Shown piece after piece: positions 52,177 to 64,000 of a DNA stretch of 64,000 nt. The DNA is taken from assembly GCA_965153285.1 (NCBI GenBank), contig OZ229111.1; one strand, written 5' to 3'. This DNA comes from Podarcis tiliguerta (lineage: Eukaryota). Below the pieces are notes generated by a model. The model worked only from the letters and a program-made list of their open reading frames with translations, was not told where the DNA came from and did not search any database. A program made the translations under genes and the position numbers. The stretch's first letter is position 1; every line of letters starts with the position of its first letter.

Positions 52177-52402
52177 TAGTGGTACCTCAGATTAAAGACG
52201 CTTCAGGTTACAGACTCTGCTAAGCCAGAAATAGTACCTCAGGTTAAGAACTTTGCTTCAGATTGAGAACAGAAATTGCACAACGGCGGCATGGCAGCAG
52301 CGGGAGGCCCCATTAGCTAAAGTGGTGCTTCAGGTTAAGAACAGTTTCAGGTTAAGAACGGACCTCTGAAACGAATTAAGTTCTTAACCTGAGGTACCGC
52401 TG
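52177..52402. mobile_element. Tigger/pogo-like MITE
   Basis: TIR (c/t)AGTGGTACCTCAG ... CTGAGGTACCGCTG-ta; internal CAGGTTAAGAAC repeats. Confidence 0.75.
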
Positions 52403-53235
52403 TAAATGCATTTTGCCAGGAAAACAAAAATGTGAACTGCCAAATAATTACTTTGGTGCATGCTCATGTAAACACCAGGCCTCCCACCACAGAGTTAACA
52501 CCATCAGTGTTATTCATGCTACTAAAGTATGTTCCTGCACAATAGGCCTGTTTTACAACCTTGCTGCAGAACAGCCTCTTCCAATTTTATGGCCTCAGAA
52601 GCACTCCCAAAATGCAGCTATGTTGGTTGGTTTCTCCCAGTGAGTCACATAGCAGGTTCTCCTTCCCACCCATTGCTTCACATTCCCACCCATCTCCTCC
52701 TCCTCCTCCAACCACCATGGCATGAGGAATGAGGCCTATTGTGCCATTCCCAGGTATGAAGCATTGGCTGGCTGGCTGGCTTGTTGCCCCAGTGTAGGGC
52801 ACAGCTCGCTCCTGTCAAAACCAAGGCTCAGCAGCTGAGTCCCAAGGACTGCTGGTAAGAGTGCAAATAGATATGGGTGTCTCCTTGCCACCTTTCTATT
52901 TGGTCTTATGAATGTTGACTCAAGTGCAAGTGGGATTTATTCCCGTTATGTGTGCACAGGACTTCAGCCTTTGTTGTTCAGCAGGCTCTGAATTTAGGAC
53001 TTCATTAACCAAAACAATAATTACCAGGGACTACTGCAACCTCTCCCTTATTGTGTAAGTTCCCTCAAGCAACTAGTTCTCAACAAATGGAAGGTGAAAT
53101 CATCCAACCACCTCTATATATTCAATCCGGCAGAAGACATATGAACTAAACTATTTCGGACCAGGACCAGATTGTGAGGTTTCTAAGGACAAAAGCAACT
53201 CTATGAGCAAAGACAAGTGGGGGGTTAGGAACATT

Positions 53236-53242
53236 ACACACA

Positions 53243-53291
<49 letters not shown>
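53236..53291. repeat. (CA)n(GA)n compound microsatellite
   Basis: Seen directly; a similar one lies at about 44000-44035. Confidence 0.95.
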
Positions 53292-53293
<2 letters not shown>

Positions 53294-53358
53294 TTAGCAC
53301 AGCATCTGCTAAAAGTGTGCACTATTGCTTCTTAATGCCATGCATTTCAGCTCTCTCT

Positions 53359-53569
53359 TAGAATCATAGAATCATAGAGTTGGAAGAGACCACAAGGGCC
53401 ATCGAGTCCAACCCCCTGCCAAGCAGGAAACACCATCAGAGCACTCCTGACATATGGTTGTCAAGCCTCTGCTTAAAGACCTCCAAAGAAGGAGACTCCA
53501 CCACACTCCTTGGCAGCAAATTCCACTGTCGAACAGCTCTTACTGTCAGGAAGTTCTTCCTAATGTTTA
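53359..53569 (-). mobile_element. CR1 LINE 3' end with (ATTCTATG)n tail
   Basis: tagaatcatagaatcatagagttggaag...gaagttcttcctaatgttta. Confidence 0.8.
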
Positions 53570-55025
53570 TTTTTAATAAACTTTTTCTAAACATACTTTA
53601 ACTGGATATGAAGCAGTCTGCTGCCAACAGGTAGGATTCTGAGACCAGCTTTGGGTTGCTTTGCCATTGAGGAAGCAGGGTCCCTTTTCCAATGGCTTTT
53701 ACATGCCCCAAAGTGCTCTGCAATCAGGTAAAGCAGGAAGAGAAGGCCAGGTTATGGTGGGCCCAGAAGAGTCTGCTTGTGTCTCAAGAGGCCATAAGAG
53801 AGCTGAAACCCAAAGGGACGAAACAGAAGCAAGCCCAAGCCACCTGGGAAATCAGCTCAGCCAACTTGAATCAAAGGCTGCGGCAGGCAGGGAGTCCCAC
53901 TTCTCCTTCATGTGCTAAGCAAAAGGCACTTACCTGCTTTGATTACAGAAAATGGGTAGAAAGAATGTCTGTGCTTATAGGAGGAGTGAGAAAGCAACTC
54001 CCCTAATTCAGCCTATGCTGGGACTGGAATATATGGAGAACTGATTAAAGGCTCTAGGGGGGAATGAGGTGGCTTTTCATGTGTGGTAGTGAGGATGGGT
54101 CTTCACAGTGCAGAGTTCCTCCTCTCTTCCATGTGTGATGCTCACCGAAATTACGTGAGAAGGTAATGAGAGAGGAAGTGAATTCTGAAGAGGATCTGAG
54201 GTGCTGGGCTCTACTCTCCTAGCCTGAAGTGGGAAGAGATCTGAACAGCCAGAAAGTTCGGCTCCAGCACTCAAGCAGAACTGATAAACCAATGTCACCC
54301 TGATTAGAATGTGACAAAAACAGAAACCAGAAGGGATTAAGGTATACATGCATATGTACACAGACACACACAAACATAAGATTCCTTACAGTTAGTGGTA
54401 TGTGAAGGCATTGTGCTCTGGCCGTCCAGTGGTAAGGAACACAGCCCTTCTTTGAACAAAGAAGTAAAAGGAATTAGGCTATTTTCCCTGTTGAAGAGTT
54501 GCCTGTCCCTGATTCCCCACCCCATGATATATAGGCATTTGAAACTGCAGAAAAGAAAGTTTTCTAATAAGCTCAAAAGATGGGCTTTGTAAGCTACAGG
54601 CCTGCGAACTGAACACACTGATGAGAAGAAGGGAACAGAGATAGGAGTTTTGAACAAAACAATCCCGCAAAGCCCCAGGGCATTTCACAAAGATACACCA
54701 GTACACAACAAATGTACAAAAATAGCTATAATGATGATTTGGTCAGGTGTAGCTGTGCTTCCGCCCCCGCCCCAATGGATAATTCCTGTGGTCTTATCCA
54801 TTCAGAAAACAGGGTTGTTTATTTTTTAAAAAGTTACTTTCTACTTTTGCTCTTTGTTGTGTCTTTTCAATTCCTTTGCTCCCTTATTAGGGTGAAAAGT
54901 TCCCATTCCCTCCTTGGTTCCAGCCGAAGATAGAACTCCAGCCAGCTCCCCCATTCAGTCCATGCTTGGACTCAAAGGGGCCAACACATGAGCGGACACC
55001 CCTGTCCCCTTTACCATTCTCCTCA

Positions 55026-57278
55026 TCACTGATCCTCCATTTTCTCCCTAATTTCCAAAGGCAACGCCTCATAAAGATTGCTCTCCACCAGCAGGCCACT
55101 CCGCTTGAGCACAGGGCACTGGCCAATCTCCAAGGGAAGGGCCTGAAGGGGGTTTCCTCTCAAGTCTAGCGTGGAGAGCGAAGGCAGCCAACTCACACGG
55201 TCAGAGAGGCGATGCAGTTTGTTGTGTCCTACTTTGAGAACCCTAAGCTGCTTGCAGAAGAAGATTTCATTTGGCAGTGCCTCTAAGGAGTTGTGAGAAA
55301 TGGCAAAATGCTGAAGGCTCTGCAGGACTCCCATCCCGGGGGGGATGACCTGGATATTGTTATAGGAAAGGTCCAAAGTGTGCAGCCTAGAACACTGGAA
55401 TAGTTGGGAAGGGAGGACCTCAATGCGGTTATGGCTGAGGTCAAGCTGCTCTAAGGTCTTGAGCTTGCGGAAGTGTTCAGGAATGCTGGAAATGTGGTTG
55501 TGCCAAAGTTTGAGGCACACCAGCTTGCGGCAATGCTGGAAGCTGATGATCTCCGCAATGGACTGCAGCTGGTTATCCTTGAGGTCCAACCGCTGCATGT
55601 TCACCAGGCTGAAGACAGCATGGGGGATGCGTTCCAGGTTGCAGTTTATCAGCTCCACTTCTTGCACAGAGAAGAGCTTCTTGAGGTTGTTGAGGGTCAC
55701 TAGCTTAGTCCCATCGTTGTAGATCCTGAGCTTCTGCAGATGGGCGGCAACGTCAGACACGCTAGGTGGCAGTTTTGAGATGTTGCTGTGCAGAGTCAAG
55801 GTCTTCAGATTCCTCAGCTCACGCAGGTTCTCCAGAGTTCCTGCCCGGCCCATCTCTGGACTGAAAAGTCCCGAGATGTGCAACTCTTCCAAGCCTCTCA
55901 AGTTGTAAGTCCATAGTGGTATATCTTTGATGTCATCAAACTTCACAGTCATTACCTTCAGCTGCTCACGGAAGAACATAAGAGAGGTGAAAGAGAGCTT
56001 GACGGGAGAGTTGATCAGTGTGAGCTCCTGGAGCTGGGCCAGCTGAGTCACTGAGGGTGGGAATGTCACATCTTTGAGGAGCTCCAGCTTCAGGGACTGC
56101 AGCTCATTCAGCTCAAATGTGGTGTCAGGCAACCCTGGTAGCATGAAGAGATGGAGCTCCAGCCGGCCTTGGGCGTTGGTTTGCAGCTTCTGCCGCAGTT
56201 TGTCCACCGTCCACTCATGACTGAGGTTGATCTGCTTGAGTCTGAACTCGCTGACCTCGGAAAGGAAGACAGCAAAGCGCTTGGAGTAGAGGGAATCATA
56301 CTGGTCAATGAGGTGGAGCATGAAAGCAAAGTCGTTCTTGACGTCAGGAATGTCGCTGATGCCTGTCTCGTTGCGTGCAAATTGAAAGGAGTACTCTTTC
56401 AGCGGCCGGTGAAACAGCCAGTAGAGCGTGTAGAGACACGTCATGCCGTATATGCCAAGGAAGCAGATGTAGCAGATGGCCAGTTTGGAGAAGAGGTGGG
56501 CTTTGGTGTGGTTGCAGCAGAAATGGTCATAGCCCGTCATGTCCTCCATCCTGACAGTGCATGGCACAATGAAGCTGATATTGGAAACCAAGGCTGCATT
56601 GTAGGCAATGATGACGAGAAACTTGAAGACTTTGAGAACGGTTTGGCGGATATACATGGTGTAAAGGATGTCTCCTTTTTCAACGTGGAGCCGGAACTTC
56701 TTCACCTTTTCAAAGAGAGCCTTGGCCTGCTCCCCTTCCTTTTTGTCCAATAGGCTAACCGGGGAGGACTCTGAAACCTTCTTTTCTGACACCGATCCCC
56801 CGGGGGGGTTGAGTTCAGCTGTCTCGCTGGGAGCACTGCTTTTCCTCCTCTGGTACCCCTTCTCTAAGAATGCATTTTCCTGGTTATCCCCGGAGACTTC
56901 AGAGATGGCTCGAGTAGTCCAGGGCGAGTCAAAGCACTTGCTCAGGATGGAGATAAAATGCTCAATCTTGGAGCTGGTCCCAGGAAACTTGAACCAGAAT
57001 GAGGTGCACGCCATGAAGATGAGGGTGTGAATGACCACGAGGTATGGGAAGTATTTAGCGTACCAATGGAGGGCCGTCTCATAGCACATCTGATTGATGT
57101 AGCTGTACTGTTGGAGGTCTAGGTTGTTCTTCAATCCATTCATTCGCTGGTTGGCAGAGGGTCCTACTGGCTCAGAGACATTGGCTCTCTTTTTCGTGAA
57201 ATCTTCACAAGATGCACCAGTGAAGGTTGTGCCATCAGGCACATGGTTGGGAAGGCAGATAATCTTATCTTGTGTCAC
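55026..57278 (-). CDS. LRRC8E: LRRC8E second coding exon (EL1, TM2-4 and full LRR domain)
   Basis: 750-codon ORF starting at acceptor gacag|GTG. Motifs [43 protein letters not shown] and tandem LRRs. Spliced total 796 aa. Position upstream of MAP2K7 matches human LRRC8E synteny. Confidence 0.93.
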   Translation of the reverse strand: MTQDKIICLPNHVPDGTTFTGASCEDFTKKRANVSEPVGPSANQRMNGLKNNLDLQQYSYINQMCYETALHWYAKYFPYLVVIHTLIFMACTSFWFKFPGTSSKIEHFISILSKCFDSPWTTRAISEVSGDNQENAFLEKGYQRRKSSAPSETAELNPPGGSVSEKKVSESSPVSLLDKKEGEQAKALFEKVKKFRLHVEKGDILYTMYIRQTVLKVFKFLVIIAYNAALVSNISFIVPCTVRMEDMTGYDHFCCNHTKAHLFSKLAICYICFLGIYGMTCLYTLYWLFHRPLKEYSFQFARNETGISDIPDVKNDFAFMLHLIDQYDSLYSKRFAVFLSEVSEFRLKQINLSHEWTVDKLRQKLQTNAQGRLELHLFMLPGLPDTTFELNELQSLKLELLKDVTFPPSVTQLAQLQELTLINSPVKLSFTSLMFFREQLKVMTVKFDDIKDIPLWTYNLRGLEELHISGLFSPEMGRAGTLENLRELRNLKTLTLHSNISKLPPSVSDVAAHLQKLRIYNDGTKLVTLNNLKKLFSVQEVELINCNLERIPHAVFSLVNMQRLDLKDNQLQSIAEIISFQHCRKLVCLKLWHNHISSIPEHFRKLKTLEQLDLSHNRIEVLPSQLFQCSRLHTLDLSYNNIQVIPPGMGVLQSLQHFAISHNSLEALPNEIFFCKQLRVLKVGHNKLHRLSDRVSWLPSLSTLDLRGNPLQALPLEIGQCPVLKRSGLLVESNLYEALPLEIREKMEDQ

Positions 57279-58426
57279 CTGTCACATCAGGTTAGGAAAG
57301 AGAAGAGAGGAACATGATATAAAACAGAGGCTAGTGGTAGAACGCAACAGTTTATATGAGGTGGGGATGAACAAATACAGCCTTGAAGTGGCTGAATGGA
57401 CTGTACCTCTTCATATATATTTTTAAAGTCCCTGCAGGTAGAAAACTAGCATAGCAAGGAGTAGGCTGGTCTAGAACAGCTCTTTCTGATGTGCTGGTTT
57501 CACTTTTAAGGAGTTTTTGTTCTATATGTTATTTAAAAAGGCATCCTCGCCCAACTGTAGTCTGAAATGATAAAGTCTAATATCTAATACTGCTTCATGT
57601 ATAGTCAAAATGGACCTAATTTAAATGAACTGATAATCTAGTCTTAATACTAAAGGGGCCAAGGGCAAATCTGCCCCTGTATAAATCTGCAAATAACTCG
57701 TCTGCATGCATTTTCTATGCTGTGTCACCTATAGGGCTGCATTTTCAATACTGATTACAGAATGAGGGGGTTGCATGAGACATGTCTTATCTTTCCTTCC
57801 CAAGGATCTAACCCTCTGTGGGCTTCTTTGGATCTGAGGAGAGTTATGATAAAGCACTGGCAAGAGAAGGTGAAGTCATGGCACAGAGGTCCTTCCCAGT
57901 CCTGCTATGGTATCTATCACCCTTCACACGGGATGGAATCTAAAAAGTTGTGGCTCCCGGGCTGCATGAATCCAGTATACTCAGTACTCAATCCCTCATC
58001 TCTGCCACATAGGGTCTTCAACGTTTGGAGAACAGAGCCTCCCTGCCTACGTTACTGAGGCTGCACAGTGCTAGGCCACCACCCCTTACAAGTGGTTGGA
58101 TGCAGAGAATCCAGCCCCCCAGGCTGTAGAAGTTGACCATTTCTGTGCTGGGGTCGTTTCCACCCTTGCCCAGACTGCCCCCAAATATTTAGAGCCTCTT
58201 CTCCCACAGGCAGTGAGTGGATCATCACCCCAAGATTCTAATGATTCCAAGATTCCAATTCTCCTTCCTTGGAGGTTCTTAAGCAGACGTTGGATTGCCA
58301 TCTTTCATAGATGCTCTAGCTGAGATGCCTGCATTGCAAGGGTCCTTTCCAATTCTACAATTCTCTGATTCTATGACACCATGCCAGCATCTAGGCACTG
58401 CGTGGGCTCCCCCCATACTCACTCAC

Positions 58427-58564
58427 CTGCAAAGTGCAGCCAAAAACTCCTATCATCAGCATGGCTATGGTGATGTACTCGGCCAAGACATCCCACCATG
58501 GCTTGAGAACCTTGAAAGCAGGCTGCTGGTCTGTGAACTGCTTGAATTCGGCCACCGGGATCAT
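58427..58564 (-). CDS. LRRC8E: LRRC8E (VRAC subunit) first coding exon, 46 codons
   Basis: Encodes [46 protein letters not shown]. Acceptor ttttggcag|GCAGT-ATG (exon starts 58569); donor CAG|gtgagt at 58427/58426. Confidence 0.95.
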
Positions 58565-61500
58565 ACTGCCTGCCAAAAGACAGTGAAGGATTAGAACAGT
58601 CACCTCTCACTTTTAGCAATGCTCATAGGCTGGCTGCAGGGCCTATAATCTCTCCCTGTTCTTGCACAACCTAGGTGTCCTTTGTCCAATATACATACAC
58701 CACTGGGACAATGCCATGTACATGAAGAGGGAGCTGCCTTCTAGACTGGTGCCTGCCCTAAAACACTTTAATAGCCATTGTTTACACCTGACAGAAAACA
58801 TAGCCAAGTTAGGCAGATTCTGGCATCTACTGCAATAGCATCTCTAGGCCCATAAGGACCCCTTGCAGTGCTTTGACATGCTACTTCATGGGCCAGCATC
58901 CACATCTCACAGTGAGGCAGCTTATCTCAAAGACCAAGAAAACCCATTGTTTCTATATGGCTGCCACACCCAGCACCGAAGCAGGGCAAGGCAGGGCTAT
59001 CTGGTCAGCAACATTGCTGCAGAGGGGACTCACCCAAGGATTCAAGAAACTGCCATCCCTTGCTTGTGTTTGCTAACATATTTAAATACACAGGGAAAAT
59101 AGAAAAATACAGATAGCAACGCTGGCAACCTAACAGCCCCCCAAAGTGATGATGCTAATAGATTTTATTATGGTAGTTTGAAGTACAAGCCTATGTGGAA
59201 GCAAAATTTTATTTTTAGGACAGGTCTTTTTTTGTAGGGTCTGGTATTGAGAGTTGAACAAGAGAGGTATATTCATAGTTTGGACCCTGGTCTTGGGGAT
59301 GGAAGGACCAGACTCAGGGCCACATGCATCTGCCTGGCATATGATGCCACTGAGAATATAATGCCTGATAAATGTCACACTGGAATAACGGGATCAGTGT
59401 TGCCTATTCAGATGATCCCACTATGCTACCAACTATGCTGCCTTCTATGCAAGATTCTCAGAGATCTAAATGCACAGCCATGCCTTCTTCATCGAGGAGG
59501 GCAAGACCTACTCACTCACCCAAATAGAGTACTCATGGTGAAGATGGATCTGGCTTCCAGCACCACCAGGAGAAAATCTAATCTTTGAATGGTCTGGTGT
59601 AGGTATGGCAATCTCCTTGCTATAGCTTATGCAAAGTTCCTTCGTCTCCTCTCTTTTGGTTTAGGATGGGATGGCAGAGTCTGAGTCAGGAGTTACACGT
59701 GTATCTGTCCTCTGGATGACACCTTCTGCAGAAACCCTGAAAGAGCAACCTTCACAGCTACATTCCTGCCCAGCACCTAGACTCTGGCACCATAGAACAG
59801 AGCAGTCTCTGAGATTCTGGTTGCTATAGTAGTGCTCTCGCTACACTGGCCTGGCCAAAGATGTTGGAGGAGCAGCATGGAATGTGCCAAGGAGAACCAA
59901 GGACATGGAAATGCTAATCCTGCCTCTAAAGTCTAGTGCTGCCTCAGCCCCACCAAAATCCAGAAGGACGATACTCTTTAGCAGTATGATCAGAGGGTGC
60001 GATCTGTTTTCATCTCCCTTTCTGTTTATCTAATGACCCCCAACATTGACTTCTCTTCTCTTGGTAGGCATGTAGGATCTGGTTCTGGTGGTCCTTGATT
60101 GCTGTGTGCTAGTCATTCTATCGAAGAGGAACATAAACGGAAACTGCATGGGCAAAATTCAGAACAGCAGAGGGCAGCATGGCAGCAGACTGAGCATCCA
60201 TGGAATCTGGTGGTCCCTGAACGGCTTCATCAGTTTCACCACACATTAACTGTGTGTAGATGGCTGTGGCTTCTCAGTACAATTGCAGGTTCCCAACAAT
60301 GTGCAAACAGTGAAATGTGTATATACGAAAGGTCAGCATGAAGTTTAGGTGTTGGTTAATGGGGGGCGGGGGAACCACGTAGGGAAAACATACTGTGCTT
60401 AGTATGGTACAGAGATTTTCTATATATTTTTTTTCATAACAATAATAATTAATTGTGTTGTGAATCACTTTTCCTCCAACAGAGCCCAGAGTGATGCACA
60501 ACAAAGGATAAACAACAGAAATACATCAATGATGAAAACAAATACAGAGCTAAAAGCAGTCAACTGATGTTTCCATCTCCAGTTCTGAAACATTGCACTA
60601 CTGTACATTGAGACATATGCCGCAGGTGTTTGATTTATCACCATCTACGTCTCATTTTCATCAGGCAGGATTCCTCCAACCTGACTGATGAAGTTATAGT
60701 TCCAAAGTAAATAACACTTTAGAAAAAGTGTGAAAAATATGCTTCTCTCTAGACTCACCCAATACCAACATTTCCTTAATCTAAATCAGACTCCCAAAGC
60801 TGTGTGGTTTAAGAGATGTCAAATTGGACCAGGATAGATTGACCATTGTCATCCATGTACTGGTAACCCTCCCCCCCCCCCCAGTGTATTGCTGCAATAC
60901 AGTCTCTGTAGGGCTCAACTGTTGACTGGGACTAAGACTATCGCCATCATGTTATTCTACTGCATAAATAATTGCACTGGCTGCTGATTAGTTACCAAGC
61001 TAAATTCAAACTGTTGGTTTAGGTATACAGGTTGAGACTAGGATACCTAAATGATAGTCTCTCCTCTTGTATACCCAGCTGGTCATTGCACTCTGAAAGG
61101 GATGGGCTGTTCCATATGATACAGGAATCTGGCTTTTAGTATGGAGGTACCTGCTCTTTGGAATTCCCTCCCATTTACACATCAGGCAGGCACTGTCTCT
61201 ATGATATTTGCAGCGTCCATTGCAGACCTTCCTTTTATTAACAAGCCTTTTAAGTGGAGATCTTTTGTATTAGATTTGAAATCATTTTTCTTGTTGATTT
61301 TTTTTTACTGTGAAATCACTTATCAAGAGATTTTATAGAAAACAATAAATGGAAATGAATAAATAAATGTGCTTTGACTCTACAGACTCAGCCAAATGGT
61401 TTAACTGAGACAGGCCTGGCAGCAACTGGCAAGAGAGTCCTCCAGATCAAAGTCAATTTTGATGGTGGAAAGGCACTTACACAAAGAGACTATTGAAAGC

Positions 61501-61689
61501 GAAAAAAGGTGTTGGTTTCCATTATCCTTCCCAGCCTTCCAAGAGTTGTAGAACTTGTTTTCTCACCGCTACTAACCTGTTACAATAGATCACTGGGTGC
61601 AATTTACTAAGACGCTCCTCAAGGGCAAGTGCAATGATTAACAAGAGGGGTGTTGTTATTGACTGCACCAGGGGAGACCCCAAAATCAC

Positions 61690-62180
61690 CCCAAGGAAAG
61701 GGCAACCAGGATGACCAAGTGGCTTGGAGCAACTTCCACATGAGAAAATCTTACAACATTTGAGGCTTTTTAGTTTCAAAAAGTCAAGTAAGCAGGGGAC
61801 GTGCTAGATAGAATAGATATGGAGTCGAAAAAACAGAAGTTATTCCTCCCTCTCGCATATACTAGAACCCAGAGACATTCAATGAAGCTGAATGTCAGAA
61901 GGTTCAGAACAAAGGAAAGCCCTTCTTCGTGCAGTGCGTTGCTAAACTGTGGAATTTGCTCCCACAAGATTGAGGGTTGGCCACCAATTTGGATAGACAA
62001 ATTTGTGGAGGTTCTGCCTCCCCTGTCAAAGGCAACATGCCTCTGTATACTTGGTTGTGGGAAACACAGGCAGGGAAGTTCTCTTGCAGGATTCCCCTGG
62101 GCATCTGGTTGGCCAATGTGAGAACAGGATACTGGGCAAGATGAATCTTTGGCCAGAACCAATATCCCCGCATGGTAGAT
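61690..62180 (+). mobile_element. CR1 LINE 3' fragment
   Basis: TRTQRHSMKLNVRRFRT peptide plus CR1-type 3' UTR. Confidence 0.65.
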
Positions 62181-62982
62181 CATTGGTGCTGTTCCCCAAC
62201 GTCAATTTGTCTCCTTTTGCTGAGAGCTGGCTCATGCCCTTTCTTAGCTTCTTCCATAAGAACATGTCTGAACAGCTGAAACAGACACAGTCTGCATAAG
62301 GTTCTGGTTTCTATGAGCACCAAACCAGCCGGGTAATTATCTCTGAAGGTTACCATTCAGAGGAAGCAGCCAAGGGAAAAAGAAGCAGGAGGGGGTGAAC
62401 AGAGGGCAAATCCAGCAATTTGAATAATCAAGCTTTTAATGGGACTTGTAAAATGTTCTGAAAGTAATGGAACTTATATAAAAGTTAATGTTATGAGTAG
62501 TAATTTTCCATAGAAAGATCTCTTGGAACAGAAATAGCTTCAGGGCGTCCTAGCTACCAGCTCTTCTGCTTCTGTCTCCGCCCAGTTTAAGGAAAAGAAG
62601 TTTTTTTAAAACAACAACAACAATATGCTTTGGTTCCCAAACTACCTGCCTTCCATGCTAATCTCAGATGGCATATACCTTCCAAAAAAAGAGAGTGGAG
62701 CACCCAGGAACTCTGCCTTCCAAATCATTTCCCACACCTGCTAATCCCTCTGCCTCCTCCTGCTCCTTTCACACGCCACCTTTCATCCTCTCTCCACTAA
62801 AATACATCCCATTATTTATTTCATTTCACCTTTTTTTTAAAAAAAAAAAAAAAAAGCCCCTTGGCGTAAAGCGGGGGTGGGGAACCTCATGCCTGCAGGC
62901 CAAATGCAACCCTTAACCCTCTCTATATGGCCCTTGGGACTCTATCCAGACCACACTTCTCACTATCCCTTCTTCACAGGAA

Positions 62983-63356
62983 CGGCCTCTCCCCATATTA
63001 AACCATCCCGGACTCTGTGTTCATCATCTGAGGCCCTTCTTCGTACACCTCATCCACATGAGGTCCAGAAGGTGGAGAGGGCCTTTTCTGCAGTGGCTCC
63101 CCGTTTGTGGAATGCTCTCCCCAGGGAGGATCACCTGGGCCTTCATTACATATTTTTAGGCACCAGGAGAAAACAATACTCTTCAGCCAGGCCTTTGGCT
63201 GATTAATATCCTATAGCCTTTCAAATGTATCTGTGGGAAGGGGGTTGTTTTGGTTTAAAAATTTTTACTATGTTTTATCGTGAATTTTATTATGTGAACC
63301 ACCCTGAGATCTTTTGATGAAGGGAGGTATACAAATTTATTAAAGAAATAAATAAA
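62983..63356 (+). mobile_element. L2-like LINE 3' end
   Basis: PSRTL.SS...ERAFSAVAPRLWNALP peptide, then tail ending AAATAAATAAA. Confidence 0.7.
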
Positions 63357-63680
63357 TCACACTTTGAGGAGTTTTGCCTGGCTGGAATGTGTCCTTGAAC
63401 TCTGGTAATGCCTCCTGCCTGTGTGGATAAAAGGAAGGAAGGAAGGAAGGAGGGAGGGAGGGAGGGTCTGCAGGTGCCTAGAGAGCGAGAATAAATCAAG
63501 ATGTGTTATAATTAGGGAGGTTCTGTGCCAGACTGACTGTACAAGTCCTTATCCCCCTACTTCCAGTCCAGACTAAATACTTTCTAAATTACAGTCACTC
63601 CGGGGCCTTGTGTCTACGTATTATCTTCGTCAAAGTGGAAACAAAACAAGAGGTACATCAAGCTGTGGTTTCATTGTCTC

Positions 63681-63858
63681 AAGCTGCAGACATGCCATAC
63701 ATTTAAAGCACACCCACCCAGAGAATCCTAGGAACTATGTAATAGTTTGCTAAGGGTGCTAGGAAATGTAGCTCTGTGTAAGCTACATTTCCCATGATTC
63801 TTTTTTGTAGGGGGAGGGGTGCTTTAAATGCACGGTGTGTAAATGTGTTTGCAGCCTT
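63681..63858. mobile_element. Palindromic MITE; partial relative near 2245-2345
   Basis: CATTTAAAGCAC (63700) pairs with GTGCTTTAAATG (63819); internal GGAAATGTAGCT/AGCTACATTTCC hairpin. Confidence 0.55.
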
Positions 63859-64000
63859 TGAATACACAACTGTGTGGGAATAAGCAGCTCCCAAACTCTG
63901 TCAAATAAGCTGAAGAGTCTCCCAGAAATAGGCAGGTAACACTGAAAGGGAGCAGGGAGCAGGAACTGCTAGCCAACCTCCCCCTGTAATTGTTTATCTT

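Noticed and set aside
55378-57030. Plus-strand ORFs up to 200 aa
   Set aside because: Antisense shadows of the LRRC8E coding exon.

Overview
Vertebrate genomic DNA, most likely from a squamate (lacertid-like) lizard, judged from a Sauria-type SINE and CR1/L2/MITE content. All three genes are on the minus strand. In transcriptional order: (1) LRRC8E, a VRAC channel subunit with two coding exons and 796 aa; (2) an extra LRRC8D-like paralogue whose 387-codon ORF covers only the pannexin-like pore domain, followed by a heavily frameshifted LRR remnant; (3) a complete MAP2K7 (MKK7) with 12 coding exons, including the 48-nt cassette exon, a CpG-island promoter and a possible alternative C-terminus. 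The strongest candidate for undescribed biology is the LRR-less LRRC8 paralogue: its pore-domain ORF and candidate 5' UTR splice sites look intact while the LRR region has decayed. The first 300 bp hold a cluster of NR5A1/SF-1-type motifs that may belong to the next syntenic gene (TGFBR3L in human). All homology calls are from recalled protein motifs; no database search was run.
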